Below, one piece after another: positions 23,286 through 37,249 of a stretch of DNA of 64,000 nucleotides (its first letter is position 1; every line of letters starts with the position of its first letter). Source of the stretch: Rhina ancylostomus (taxonomy: Eukaryota); contig JARFYF010000051.1 of assembly GCA_030265395.1 (NCBI GenBank), positions 13,813,816 to 13,877,815 on the forward strand, in the 5' to 3' direction. A program made the translations under genes and the position numbers. A model generated the notes under the pieces. It worked only from the letters and a program-made list of their open reading frames with translations. It was not told the origin of the DNA and did no database searches.

Positions 23286-24372
23286 ATTCACTTAGCACCT
23301 CAGAGGTAACAAACTGCCCTTCACAGGAGCATTAATCAGACAAACCTTTACATTGAACCAAAATAGGAAACCTTAGGGCAGGTAACTATAAGTTTGGTGA
23401 AAGATATACATTTTAAGGTGAGAAATAGATGAAAAGGTTTAGGCAGGAAATTCCAGAGCTTAGAGTCTTTGCAGCAGAAGGAATGTAGGGATGTCCAGGT
23501 GATCAGATTTGGAGGAATGCACTGGTGATAGCAAAGCACTGTTCTCAACTCAGCTCATTTCTAGTGTTACCATTCACATGCAGAACATATGAGTAAAAGA
23601 GAATAGATACAGATTAGGTAAGCATGATGCCAAACTTGGTTTTCTTTAAGTCTCTGCAGCGTAGGAGAAGATTACAGGAATGGGACAGCTTTGAGCTCCT
23701 GCAGAGGATTCTAAGAAATCACCACATGGGTGCTGAACTGGAGTTGTGCAGACAAGATGAAAATGGCAAGTTTCAATTCCTAAAATACATTAATAAATCA
23801 GCTAAGTTTACATGATTTGTCCTTAGGTTTTTTTTAATCAGTTTACACTCTCTATTTACCACCTCTCTGTCAGTCAAATTCTGTTATTCTCAATATCTTA
23901 AGGATCTGGATTGAATCTCTGTCAACCATCTTATTCTTCAATTGACACCAGATTGACTCTGTGAGTCCTTTCCACGTAGCTGGAGCGAGACCCAGTACCA
24001 CCTGTCCTGCTGCAATATACAAGCTGTCAACTGTACTGAGCCTTTGTCTGAAAAGCAAGTTGATAGTGAGCCCATAATGACAGTCCTGAATAAAGAAAGT
24101 AAGCACAAAAGGTATAATTTAGTTTACTCTCAGGGTTTTTCAATCCACATTCAGAACTTCACTCTGATGGTTTATGATATCATTGCTGTAAAATAATAAC
24201 TTTGTTGTTCATGTCTTCCCCTTTATCATTGGACCTTGCTTCCTCTTTTTCTTTCTCTGTGTTTCTACTGTCAGTAATGATTCTTTTGACGCTGTTTATT
24301 TAAACACCCCTCTTTTTTTTCAATGGACTCCACTAATAAACACAACAAATTGCATTAATATAATGCAAACTG

Positions 24373-24700
24373 AAACTGCTGGAGGAACTCAGCGGGTCAG
24401 GCAGCATCTGTGAAGGGAAATCGATAGTCAGCATTTCAGGTCAAGATTCATCATTCAGTCCAGATGAAGCGACAACAGTCCATTTCCCTCCACTGATGCT
24501 GCCTGACCCGCTGAGTTCCTCTAGCAGTTTTATTTNNNNNNNNNNNNNNNNNNNNNNNNNNNNNNNNNNNNNNNNNNNNNNNNNNNNNNNNNNNNNNNNN
24601 NNNNNNNNNNNNNNNNNNNNNNNNNNNNNNNNNNNCGCTGAGTTCCTCTAGCAGTTTTATTTTTGCTCTGGATTCCAGCATCTGCAGTCTCTTGTGTCTG
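24373..24700. mobile_element. Palindromic non-autonomous element of the Penelope-associated family
   Basis: Inverted arms ctgctggaggaactcagcgggtcaggcagcatc and gatgctgcctgacccgctgagttcctctagcag; related copies at ~26405-27010, ~39600-39720, ~47155-47310 and 54955-55150. Confidence 0.8.
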
Positions 24701-24784
24701 CATGAATATGATGTCCATAATATGTTAAAGAATCCACAAGACCAAGGTTGCTCCTTTTAGGGATTTCTCTTTTAAGAGCCAAGT

Positions 24785-25500
24785 AAAGAACATAAGAAAT
24801 GGAACCTACATTAGGCCATCGGTCCCTTCATGGCTGCTCAACTATTGATCCAGATTATGGCTGATCTTCAACCCAGCACTATTTTCCATTTATTGATTCC
24901 CTTTGCCCAGAAATTTATCAATGTGTGTTATGCGTGAACACAATGAATGAGCTTCCACAGCTGAAGTTCTAAAGGTTGACAACACTTTGAGTGATAATAT
25001 TTCTCCTCACCTCAGTCCTAAATGGTCGATCCTTATTCTGAAACTGTGACCCTGGCCCTAGACTCCTGTTGGGGGAAATCACGCTCCAAGCATCTAGCCA
25101 GTCAATCCCTTTGAGTATTTTGTAAGCTTCAATTAGATCTTTCATTCTATGAAACTCTAAAGATTACAGTCTACTCAACCTCTCTTCATATGGCAAACCC
25201 ACCATCCTTAGGACCAGCCTAGTAAGTCTTTGCTACACTTTCTCCATGGAAAGTACATACTTTCTTAATAAGGAGATCAAAACTGCATACAATACTCCAG
25301 GTGTGGTCTCACCAAGACCCTACACAATTGTATTAAGACTTCCTTACTCCTGCAATCAAACCCTCTCATAATAAAGCTTAGCATATCATTCACCCTCCTA
25401 ATCGTTTACTACACCCACATATTGGCCTTCAGTGACTTGTATACAAGCACACCTAGGTCCCTTTGAACATCAACACCACTTATCTTTCACCACTTAACAA
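24785..25500 (-). mobile_element. CR1 LINE 3' fragment
   Basis: aagaacataagaaat reverse tail; aactgcatacaatactccaggtgtggtctcaccaagaccc is the reverse of LVRPHLEYCMQF. Confidence 0.85.
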
Positions 25501-26399
25501 TTTTAACAACACTCTGCTTGAATATCCTTGAGACCGAATCTTTGAGTATTCAGTTAATGGGCTCCCAATGCACATTCAATTAAATTATCTGTACTTTCCA
25601 ATGTGTAACTCACAGGCTTAACCAAAATCTGAACAGGTGCACAACGTAACTGTACTAACCCTTCAACTAACACAGGTGTCATTTTTACTTTGCTGTTTAT
25701 GCAGCCTTTTTTATTGGTTCCAGTGACTGTACCTTTGAGAGCAACTTGCTGGCTGTAAAGGGCTTTTGGGATGTTTAAAGTACTATATAACTACAAGCTA
25801 CTTGTCATGTTATTATGCAGTGTTTTTACATTACATAGTATTAACAGCACAGGAACAGGTATTCACCCTAACAGGCCCTTGTCAGTGTTTATAGTCCATA
25901 CAAACATCCTACCACCATTCTTCACCAAATCTCATCAAAGTATCCCTCAGTTACATTCTCCCTCATTTTAAATACATCTGCACTATTCATCTCAAACAGT
26001 CCTGTGGTAGAAAGTTCCACGTTCTGTCCATTCTCTGGGTAAGGAGGTTTCTCCTGAATTCCCTCTATGATCCATTAGTGACTGTCCTGTATTTATGGCT
26101 GGTTCTAGTTTTGCTTGCAAGTGCATGCCTCTTCTATACTTTCCAATCAATTCAAAATCTTGAATACCACCAGCAGGTTATCCCTCAGTTTTATAACTGG
26201 TTATTAGGTACAGTTTGGTTTCAGAGGCCCAGAATCAGCCAAGTTTTACCCCATTATTTCTCAGCCACTCTTGTTAGGCTTAGCTTGGAAAATGAAGCAA
26301 GGTCAAAGGGCAGAAACACCAGGAGTGCTCAGCGGGTATCTGGGTTCTGTTGGACCAGAGGTGTGAGAAGACCAACGTATCCCATAATCGGAAGAAAAA

Positions 26400-27012
26400 G
26401 GGCACTGAAGATGCTGGGATCCAGAACAAAAGTAGAACTGGAAGAACTCAGCGGATCAAGCAACATCTGTGGAGTCAAAGTGGGTAAGTCAGTGCTAGCG
26501 ATCTGGCCTCCTCTACATTGGTAAAATCAGGCATAGACTTATTGACTGTTTTGCAGAGCACCTGTACTCTGTCCACAACAGCCATCTCAAGCTTCCAGTT
26601 GTATGTCATGTTAACTCTCCTTCCCACTCCCACACGGACCTGTCTGTCCTCGGCCTTCTCCTTTACTATGGAGACGCCAAAGGAAAACTGGAAGAATAAT
26701 ATCTCTATTCTGCTTGGGTAGCTTATGAATATTGAATTTTCCAATTTNNNNNNNNNNNNNNNNNNNNNNNNNNNNNNNNNNNNNNNNNNNNNNNNNNNNN
26801 NNNNACATCTGGCTACCTTTCCCTCCCCATCCAGTTCCACCTAACACCTACAAACCTCTGTCCCAGCCCCTACGTACTGCCATATAGTGACAATCTTTCC
26901 TGTTCCCTCTCAGTCCCAATGCACAGTCACGATCCAAAACGTCAAGTTACACCTTTTGCCCCCACAGATGCTGCTTGACCTGCTGAGTTCTTCCAGCATT
27001 CTGCTTTTGTTC
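26400..27012 (+). mobile_element. Penelope-like element remnant (GIY-YIG-side fragment between palindromic arms)
   Basis: tggcctcctctacattggtaaa (GLLYIG), ttaactctccttcccactcccacacggacctgtctgtcctcggcct (FNSPSHSHTDLSVLG), aaactggaagaata; terminal gaactcagcgg and ctgagttcttccagc arms. Confidence 0.75.
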
Positions 27013-27189
27013 TATATACCATAACCACTATTCTCACGTTGTTAACTCTAGTCCCTCACAAACAAATCAAGGATGATATAATAAAGATATTGCATAGACA
27101 ATTAAGACACATGTGAACAGAAGATTTGCAAAAATTCAGATATGTTTCAAGAATGGAATCACAAGACTTCTGTTAGATATACATATATC

Positions 27190-27665
27190 CATAAATGTGA
27201 GTGTAAAGATGTATTTAGAACCTAGATGTGGGGTTGTCATTCTGGGAGAATGTGGGTGCCTATGGCTAGGAGTGAGAGTATGTCTCATGACTCAGAGCAA
27301 GAGGAGTGTGTATGTCCAGGAGTGTGGGAGATGTTTGAGTTTAGGACTGTGAAGTTATCTGCCTGGGTTTGTGTGGCTATCTATATCCAGGTGTACATGG
27401 GGATCTTTGTGTCTCAGAGTATGGGGGTGTCCATGTCCTGAGATATGGGATGTCTACATGTGGGGTTGTCTACTTCTAAGAGTATGGGTGTCTAGCCCCA
27501 GAGAGTGGGGGATTGGTATCTGGGTATGTGGGCATGTGTAGGTCTAGGTGTGTGGTGAAGGGACGTGACAAAGGACGTAGAGATGTCTGTGTGGGGTGTC
27601 TATATCTGGGACTGTCATGGTGTCTATGCCTAGGACTGTGGGGTGTCTATAACTAGGAGTTTAAA
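27190..27665. repeat. Degenerate minisatellite, ~23-24 bp unit (gtgtctatgtctaggagtgtgggg)
   Basis: Recurrent tgtcta...ggagtgtgggg periodicity seen directly. Confidence 0.75.
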
Positions 27666-29779
27666 GGTGCTGTCTTGCAGTGTAAGTGTCTGGGATCATA
27701 CAAGTGTCTCTAACTTTTTATGGCCATGTGTGACAGCTTGTTCATTAAAAATCTCTGGAATATCCCACACATATCAGACAGCCTCTTTGTGCAGCCCGTT
27801 AGGGCTGGGCCAATTTCCCAGCTCTCCCACCACCAGTTCCTTCCCTTGTTTCCACCATGAGGTTGGTCCTGAGTCGTACTCAGAGTCCTTTTGCTGCTGC
27901 TACTGCTGTAGAAGGAACAGATAAAAGGGAATAAATCAAGATGGATGAATTATTAAACTCTTTGTTTGTACTCAGTTAGCACTTAGACAAAGGCAGCACT
28001 CAGACTTAAACCTGTTCTATAATTAATGCTGCTGTGGAACATCCAGAGGAGGTTTTGTTCTCTCTCACATTCCGGACAAGGAATGCTGATTGAGATAAAG
28101 GAAGGCTGTGTCAGGAAAAACAAGCACCTGTCTATCTTGGACCTACACACAACAGCTTGCATAAGAGTAGGACCTTCAGTGGAGTAAACTACCCGGCGGG
28201 ATTTACAGTATCTGGAGTCCCAGACTGGCCATAGGAGAGAATTCCTGCCGCACATTTTACAGGGACAGCTGTCTGTGAAATGGTCAGTCCCTTTCTCCAT
28301 TTTCCCCAAGCTTTGATCCATCAGTTGTTGAGATGACTGCCTCCACTCTCTCCTCCACCACTCACCTGAGGCTCTAGTTCAGGTTGTACCATGTACGTCC
28401 ACAACAAAACCATGAGTGTTTGCCAGGATACTTAGCCATATGATTGGGGTGGGTTTTGAGAAGGGTCTGATGGGTAATGGGCGGCATTAGTGTCCCAGCC
28501 AAAACAGACCCCGTCCTACCCAATATCTTGTCATCTTTCCTTGACAGGAGCTCATGATGTGGGTGGGATGGGGGTTGCTTGTCCCATATCATACTGCCAG
28601 CTGTGCAGGCATGAGTCAATCTCCTGGTCAGGGGATCGTCATGGGTCAGACCTGAATGAAAAGCAGCCTGTTAGGAATCAGGTTGATGTACGCCCAGGAG
28701 AAATGCCATTATCCCCAAAACAACCCAGAGACAGGGCAAATACTGTCAACTGGTGAATCGAAATGTCAACTGTAGAGAACCAAGCCACAGGATGAGAGGA
28801 GGGAAAGGAAGCTAGTGCTTCCACAGACACTGTCAGCATCTGCATTTACAGTTAATGATGTCCTTTAACTGTGACTGATGTATGAAACACAACATCCAAT
28901 GTTTACACAGCAAGATCCAATAATGAAAGAACAACCAGGTACACCAGTACTCAGCTCAGCCCTGCTCCAAAGAGTGCTGATTGGTTTCAGCAGTGACAGG
29001 TAGATACCCCCTTCTACTTTAAACAAGACATCCACTGAGGCTGGATGTGATGGAAGCTGCTGATTTCCTCTCTCTTCGTTTGGCTACACTGTTCTCCCCA
29101 CCTTTGGGGAGACTGAGGGATCCAGGTGTCCATCCCCAGCAATAGTTTTCACTCATTGTCTGAGCTGTTGCAACCACGATACAGCTCTGGGTCCCACATC
29201 TCAACATTGCCTCACTTGCCCCAGGTTCACGACACAGTGGTGTCGTTTGTAACACATTTCCTTAGGCTTAATGCTGTAATGATCCCCTTTAACACAGATT
29301 CCAGTGTTAAGTGAGGTACTGAAGTAATGAGTTTCAGTGATATCAATTGAGGAGATGAGGAAGAACACCCCTTTTAAATAATGGCCTTGATTTTTCTGTA
29401 CCCACTTGACAGGTCTTGTTTTAAGGTGTCAACCATAAACCAGCTCCTCCAACAGAATTCCTGGAGTTCTACGTTTCAGTAACAGCTGAGGCACTGTGCT
29501 CAGGTCTCTGAAATGGAACTTGGAACTCTTACGTGCAACCATTCTGCCAAATGGACCACAGCTGATGTACTTATAATACTCCAAATATTAACCTGGCTAT
29601 ACAGCAGTGGCTTATCTCATGTACCACTGTCTTGTTTATTCATTGTCAGCCCTTTCTCTGATATTAGACTTTCAAAAATGTCTCATTTAAGATTTCCCAG
29701 ACTATCAGGGTCTTATTTGAAACAGGATATCATGTTTCCCACATTACAACTGTGAGTACATTTCAAAAGATTCTTTATG

Positions 29780-30925
29780 GAAGTAGGAGACCACTTGATT
29801 CACCAATAATATTCTGGCTCATAGTGGAACAATGCCTTCATTCCCATTCCTCAGCTTTTTCCTCATGACCCTGCAAATTATTCTCTCTCAACTACCTATC
29901 CAATTGCCTTTTGAAGTCACAGATTAATTCTATTTCTACCAACCTTATGGGCAGTGAATTCTAGAGAAAAGCATTTTTTCTCATGACCCATTCATATCTT
30001 TTCCCAAACTAACCTTACAGATGAAATCCCTCAACCCTGTGGCCACTTTGGTGAGCCTTTTCTAGATCTTCTCAGTCCTTCACGTCATTTCCAAAGTGTG
30101 GTGACCAAACATGGATGTAGTACTCCAGGTGTCTCCTCAGCAGTACTTTTTCATGGGGTCAACATCACTTACATAGTCTCTGTGTGCGTGGCAGNNNNNN
30201 NNNNACATGCTTCCCTACTTCCAAAGATCTATACAGATGTACAGCTGACTCCCTCCATTCCAGAACATCCTTTAGATCTGTGCCCTTTAGTCAATATTTG
30301 GCTCCTTATTCCTTCTACCGAAATGTAGCACTTCACACTTCTCTGTATTAAATTTCATCTGCCACTTGTCTGCCCATTCAGCCAGCATATCCATGTCTTC
30401 ATTGGCTATAAAGGGCTTTAGGTTGGACTCTGGACCAGAATATGTTTGAATACAATCCAGAAAGAGATCAGTTGAAATCATTATCTAATTTATCTAACAT
30501 GCCAGCAAGTGAGTTCTCAAGAAAATTTGCCTTTGTTCAACAACAGTGGATTTGATTTGCCAATTCCTGCTGAAGACTTTGTCTTTGGTAACAGTCTTTT
30601 GAGTAATATCCCTATGGTAACCAAGCAATTGCTTCAATCACAGCCATTTGGACAAATTTCTGATGTGATTGATTATAAATCCAATAGGGAATTCAAAAGT
30701 AACTTTTTTTGCCTGGAAAACGATCAGAGTGTGGAACTTGCAACCACGAGGAATAGTTACGTCAAATGGCACAAATTAAAAGAAAATGGTTAAGTACATG
30801 AGGAAGAAAGAAGTAGAAGGTTAAACTGACAGGTTAGACGAAGGGGGCAATGCAGAGCATAAACACTGATACAGACAGTTGGGCCAAATGCCTCACTTCT
30901 ATATCCTAAATTCCATGTAATTCTG
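29780..30925. mobile_element. CR1 fragments (~29780-30400 -, ~30680-30925 +)
   Basis: Minus ORF LAEWADKWQMKFNTEKCEVLHFGRRN; plus-strand 3' tail ending gggccaaatgcctcacttct. Confidence 0.75.
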
Positions 30926-31209
30926 ATAGGCCCTTTTGAATTCTGGGTTTTATTGAGAATTGTATCTGCAAGAAGCCATGGATTGGGTGTGAGAAGGAGC
31001 AGGAAATATGATATTTTGTAAAGCCTTTGACTGACAGCTCTGGGTCTGGAGTTTTAACTGGTCTGTCAGCACTCTGCTCCTTAAGCACTTTTACCCTGCA
31101 GAGTTACACAGCCATTCAGATCATCCATCATACCATTTCACAGATATTGCAGGTCATTTTGATTTTGGCAATGAAAAGGGAAATAGACTATAAAATTCAG
31201 GAAAGAGGT

Positions 31210-31540
31210 AAAAATCAGAATCAGGTTTATTATCACTGACATATGTCATCAAATGTGTTGTTTTGTGGCAGCGGCACAGTGCAATACGTAAAAGTTACTA
31301 TGAGTTACAAAAATAAATAAATAGTGGAAGAGGACCAAAAAGAGGAATATCAAGGTAGTGTTCATGGACCATTCAGAAATCTGATGGCAGAAGGGAAGAA
31401 GCGGTTCCTGAATCATTGAGTGTGGGTCTTCAGGCTCCTGTACCTCCTCCCCAATGGTAGTAATGTGAAGAGGGCATGTCCCGAATGGTGAGGATCCTTA
31501 ATGATGGATGCCGCCTTCTTGAGGCACCACCTCTTGAAAA
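31210..31540 (-). mobile_element. Rex1-type LINE 3' end
   Basis: aatcagaatcaggtttattatcactgac tail and gtgggtcttcaggctcctgtacctcctccccaatggtag (reverse of LPLGRRYRSLKT). Confidence 0.8.
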
Positions 31541-31774
31541 TTAAAAAGGATGGTAGGTTCACTCTTCACCTTGTTACACTATTATTCATGATCAACAGTA
31601 TGCCCAGGATGTAAACACTCATGTTTCAAGTCTTGAGGTTATGTTAAAAGTTGGACATTGGAAATGAATCAATGTTGTTTTGATAAAATGAGAATATTAA
31701 AGACTATAAGTACTTGTGATGTTAGTTGTTCATTTGTCTATTTACAGTTCAATAAATGTTAAATGTCACTCTTA

Positions 31775-32160
31775 GCTTAATGCTGGCACTCTCACCTGAG
31801 TCAGAAGGCTGGGATGAGGGGACAGTTCCTTTCCTTATTATAGCTTGGAACAATGCTGGAGGAGGGTAGTCTTTTAGATGAGATGGTCAACCAAGGACAC
31901 CTTCTGCCCTTTCAGCTGATGTGAAGGATCCCACAACACAACCTCATGAAGGGCAGAGGAGCTGAATCCAACTTTTAACCCTTGATCAATATCATAGTGT
32001 GTCTTGTCTAGTCATTTATCTGCTTGTATTTGTGGGGGCTTACTGATTGCAAATTGGCTACTGTGGCTTCCTATATTTAACGAATGACTAGGTTTTAACT
32101 GTGCATCATTGGCTTCAAAGCATTTAGAACGTCGTGCAAAGCACTAAATATATATTCTCT
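31775..32160 (+). mobile_element. Near full-length Deu-domain SINE (SacSINE1/AmnSINE1-like)
   Basis: tRNA-like head ctctcacctgagtcagaagg; core gtcttttagatgagatggtcaaccaagg...ctgccctttcagctgatgtgaaggatccca; tail tttgtgggggcttactgattgcaaattggct...cattggcttcaaagcattt. Confidence 0.75.
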
Positions 32161-33307
32161 TTATGTCTCAAACTTGGTAGCCTGAATCATTGTCTACCAC
32201 AGGGTAACAGCTTCCATTTCCCAAAGTCTAAGAAATTGTATATCATGTCATGTGATTCTTTAGTGAAATGGAATAGTGCAACAAGGGTCCTCTGTTTGAC
32301 ATCTGGTTATTAACGTTATCCAAATGTTGGCACTCTTGAGCTTACAGCAGAGACATGCAGAATCTAGTCCATACTAAAAACCTGGAGGCTTCATTGAAAC
32401 TGGTATAAAAGTTCACAATCTGTACCGTATACCATCCCCACCTTTGAATTCCCATCTCTGCAGAGAGTTATGGCTGAACATGCTGGAAACACAAAAGACT
32501 TTCTGCCTTTGGAGATATCTCTCCTGATTATGAAGTGGAGGGGTTACTGGGACCATTGCCTTCTTAATTCTGTGAAACAGTACTTTAAGTCTTCATGATA
32601 TTAAATAAGGCCAATTTGACCTTCTTATCACTCATCATTCCTGCATGGAATGTTTGTTTTTATTTCAAATGACATAATTTCCCAATAGTGATATTTCAAA
32701 AGTAATTAAATGGTTGCAGAATATGTCAGTATGTCATTAAAGATGTTGTGTAAATGGAGCTTTTCCCCTTAGGTCTGCTATTCTCCATGTCACAACTATT
32801 ATAGTGAAGAAATGTGAAGAACTTATGAATTAGATCCTTGGAACAGAACAAGAAATAGGAACCACAGTGAGTTGGAATCACTACACATTAAAGCAAAAAT
32901 AAATGGAAACAAGCCCACTCTTCCTGTGGTTTGGTTTCTTGGTTTCCTTCCCCACACCCAATAACAGTAATCCCAGGGTCCAAGTATCAATTCTTTATCC
33001 TCCTGCCTTTGTAGGTTGTATAGTTATAGGGTGAAGAACTGTGCTTATCTAATGTCCATTGACCTGTAGCAGCAATCAGACATACCTATTTCTGGGAGCT
33101 GAGGTACAGGAACTCTTAACTTACGGTGTCCCTATCCTCCCTTAAATTCATGGTCTTATATTTACTAACCTGATTCCAGACTCTCTAAGAATTGCAGAAG
33201 GGGTAGGGCACTTTGATATGTCAGCAGATTGAATGGTTGCTGCCTACATTTCAACTCCCACCCAGCCCCGTTCTTCCTTCACTTAAGAGCTTACTATTGT
33301 ACATTAA

Positions 33308-33575
33308 TTGGTATTGGCGTTGGTTTATTATTGTCACTTGTACCAAGGTACAGTGAAAAACTTGTCTTGCAAACTGATCATACAGGTCAATTCATTACAC
33401 AGTGCAGTTACATTGAGTTAGNNNNNNNNNNNNNNNNNNNNNNNNNNNNNNNNNNNNNNNNNNNNNNNNNNNNNNNNNNNNNNNNNNNNNNNNNNNNNNN
33501 NNNNNNNNNNNNNNNNNNNNNTGCCTCAGGCTCCTGTATCTTCTACCTAATGGAAGAGGAGAGAAGAGAAGGTGT
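33308..33575 (-). mobile_element. Rex1-type LINE 3' end spanning a gap
   Basis: ttggtattggcgttggtttattattgtcacttgtacc tail; minus ORF FSPLPLGRRYRSLR. Confidence 0.75.
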
Positions 33576-34429
33576 CCTGCAGCACCTTTTTTCAAAACCA
33601 TTCTCAAACATCTCCCTGTCATCACCATTTCCTATCACTGTAACATCCAAGTCCTACAAACCTGTGAGTGATTCACATTCCTGCAACTGCAATCCCTAGC
33701 ACATCTCCAATCTTTATTCTCTGTCACTGCCAGCAGAGCCTTCAACTGTCTAAAGCCTAGGTTGAACCTGAACCTCTCTACCCTGCTACCTCAAGCTCCC
33801 GCTTTAAGTTCCTTTTGGGCATCTGCTCCAACACTTCCACATTTAGCAAATTTTGTCTCTTAACACTCCTGTGAAAATATTTTGGGATGTTTTACCATAT
33901 TAAAATTGCTATGTAAATGTAGGCTTCAATAGTGGAATTAAGCGCATTATCTAGTCTAACACTCCAGTTCAGAATTGAGAAATCACTGTATCATCAAAGC
34001 TAACATATTTCAGAAGAAATTAGTTCTGCTGGTAAATGATTAAGATCCCAGGACATTTGTAGAAAAACAGGGAATTCTTCACTTGTCCTGATCACTTCAA
34101 AGGGCCAATTGCTGATTAATCTCACTGCTCTTTGGGGGAATATCAATGAACTGTCTCAGAATAAAGCATTAACCACACATTGTCACTTTATAGATGGTGA
34201 TGGATATGCTGTGCATTTCTACACTGGGGAGAAAAACTATTCTTTTTGATACTAAACCTGTAACTATGGAATAGACAGGAAATTCAAAGACACTTTTGTA
34301 CATGAAATGATCCATTGCAACAACAGATTACCATCTCCCTAAACTACTTCCCCTATTCTGACACCAAGGAGCCCAGCTCCAGAGAAACTGTCTCTCCTCA
34401 TTGACGATGGAGGAGCACCATGCATGCAG

Positions 34430-34790
34430 TGGGCATGTATCTCTAGATTCATTGTATGTTTTATGTATGTTTATGTGAGTGTGTATGTGTGTGTATACTT
34501 ATCTAAGATTTTACATGGGTTTAGGTGTGTAGCTGAGTATATCTGTATGTGTTTTAAATGAGTGCGTATTTATGTGTACATGCATGTTTCTGTGTAAGTG
34601 TGCATGTGTGTGAGGATTTGTTTGTATATGTGTAGTTATATATTTATGTGTGTATTTTATATGTATATGTGCAAATTTGTACATGCATTTATGTGTGTGT
34701 GTTGTACTTGTGCAAGTTCATATTAGTATTTGTGTTTGTATGCATGTGTATGTGTATTTGTGTGTACATGTATGCATGAGTGTACCATGA
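34430..34790. repeat. Degenerate (TG/TA) microsatellite tract
   Basis: tgtatgtgtgtgtata-type alternating purine/pyrimidine sequence over ~350 bp. Confidence 0.85.
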
Positions 34791-35819
34791 GAAATACATC
34801 AATAAACCATTTTAATTTTACATAAATGTGTCCCATTACATCTGGAAAATATTCATTACTTTGATGCAGAGTTCGAAGTGCAGTTGGTGAATTTTTCATA
34901 GTATCAATTTATTTACATTATACAGCAAAGTCACTGTAAATAGCCCACTATGAGCAGTAACTAAATTGAATACTGCTTCTGGGTGCTGAATGATAGTTAA
35001 TCATGATTAATAAGAACAGATGTGTACAGCATTGGGAAGGCAATGTTCTTATGTTACTTTAGCTCACTGAGCCCACCTCCACTTGCGCAGCTGTGTACAA
35101 TATCTCTGCTGAAAAGAAATCCCTCTATTCCCCATATTATCACATGGGTAAGGACACGGACTTGGGTAAAACTAATCTAAAGAAGTTAGCTTCAATTCCT
35201 AATTAGGTTTAATTAGCTGATTTCAACAATAGGGGCAATTTTATTGCTTCTTTTAGTCTTCATGAGCCAGAACCAGAGGACAGACATCAACCAGGATGCT
35301 GCTGCTGACCTAGTGATTAATCTTCCAAGTCCCTTGTTAATCATCTAGAGTACTTCAAACCCACCTGGCGGGGATTATTGAGAGTTACCAGAGAGGATCA
35401 ACTTGCTTCCTAACTCCTGTCACAGACGTGTCAGCCTGGTGCTAATCCAAGCAGACCCAGCTGGCCTCCCCCTCAAAAAGGGATAAGGTGAGAAGGCAGA
35501 CATCTGAAGTTGAGTTACTCAAAGGGGAATGCAATGGTAAGGAGTAATGGGTCTTTTCCCATTGATCAAACCTCTCCTGTTTATATCTACAGGACCTTGT
35601 TGAAAGGACTGGATCACGTGTTTGGAAAATTTAGCTAATTTGACATAATTAGCTATAATTTCAAAATTTGCACTCTTACATAGCTCAAATCTCTGAAACA
35701 GCATGGAGAATAATAACAGACTTCAGGACAACATGGTTTGCAAAATGCATGACATGAGATTTAACACTGAGATTATGAAGACTTTGCTTTGACAGGAAGA
35801 ATTAGAAGGACATAAACCC

Positions 35820-37190
35820 TAAGAATGTGGGACTTAGGAGAAGCTATTTGCCCCCCTGTGGTTGTGACACCATTCCTTGGGATCGTGGCTGATCTGACCT
35901 TTGGCCTCAATTCCACTTTCTAACCTGATCCCCATAATGTTTGATTTCCCAGTCATCCAAAAATCTATCTCAGCCTTGAATACATTTATTGACTCAGTGT
36001 CCACCTACCTCCAAGGCCACAGAATTGCAAAGATTTGTGACTCTCTGAGAGAAGAAATTTCTCCTCACCTTATAAGCCCCCTGGATCTAAACGTCCCATC
36101 TTTATAGCATTCACCTTCTCAAGCTCCCCTTGGAGTCTTTTAGAATCTAAAAGATCAACTCTAATTCCTCTAAATTTCATGGAGTATAATCCCATTCTGC
36201 TCAATCTCTTAATAGACAATGCTGCATTCCACCTTGTGAACCTTCTCTGCACTAAGGCAAGTATATGCCTCTTTACATAAGGAAACTAAAATGTCATACA
36301 GTACTCCAGTTCAATCTCACCAAAGCCCTCTACCATTGTATCAAGACTTGTTTACTCTTGTGCTCCTTCCCACTCACAGTGAAGACCACACTTTCTTTAA
36401 ATCACTTATTGTACCTGATTTCTAATTCTTTGTGTTTCTTGTATGAGCACTCTAAGGTTTCTCTGAACATCAACATTTAATCATCTCTTATCATTTAAAT
36501 AAAAATCTGATTTTTCTATTCTTCCTACCAAAGGCAATAACCTCATAAGTCCCCTCATTGTATTCTCACTTCCACTTTTTGCCTATGCATACTACTTATC
36601 AATATTCCTTTGCTGACTATGATAACTTTTGCTGTCCTCCTTACATTTCACTTCCGTGCTACCTTTGTATCAACTGCAAATTTGAATATGTTGCACTTGG
36701 TTCATTCATCAACATCATCAATACCAATTGTAAATAGCTGAGGTCTAAGCAATAATTCCTGAGGCACCCCAAAAGTTATAGCCTGCCAGTTTGAAAAGAG
36801 CCAGTTTATTATTACCCTTTGCTTTCTGTCTGTTAATCAATCTTCTATACATGTTATTATATTACCCCAACCAATGATCTTTCACCTTGTGCAGTTGACT
36901 TCAATGAGGCACTTTAATCAATGGGAGATCCAAATATCTTTGGGAAATCTAAATACATTATGGTTACTGGCTCCCCTTTATCTACCCCGCTATATGCATC
37001 CTCAATGAAATCTAATTACTGTATTAATCATAAGTTTCACTTTACAAAATCATGTTGACTCTGCTTAATCATGCCGTGTTTTTCTATATTTTCAGTAATT
37101 GCTTCCTTAATAATGGATTCCAGAATTTGCCAACACCTGATATTGCACTAACTAGCATGAAGTTCCTTGCTTTGTCTCTCCCTTCTTTTC
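35820..37190 (-). mobile_element. Old CR1 LINE RT to 3' end
   Basis: Minus ORF MQRRFTRW...RLSRMGLYSMKFRGIRVDL; reverse motifs cctgaggcacccc (GVPQ) and catcaactgcaaatttg (KFAxD). Confidence 0.8.
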
Positions 37191-37249
37191 TTGGCAGTAC
37201 AAATGCTACAATTTTAATGGGTTCTAAGAACAGAGAGATCAGGGTATAT

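Noticed and set aside
24505-24665. Direct repeat on both sides of a 100-N gap (also at ~44850/44966)
   Set aside because: Duplicated gap flanks are most likely contig-overlap assembly artefacts, not real duplications or target-site duplications.
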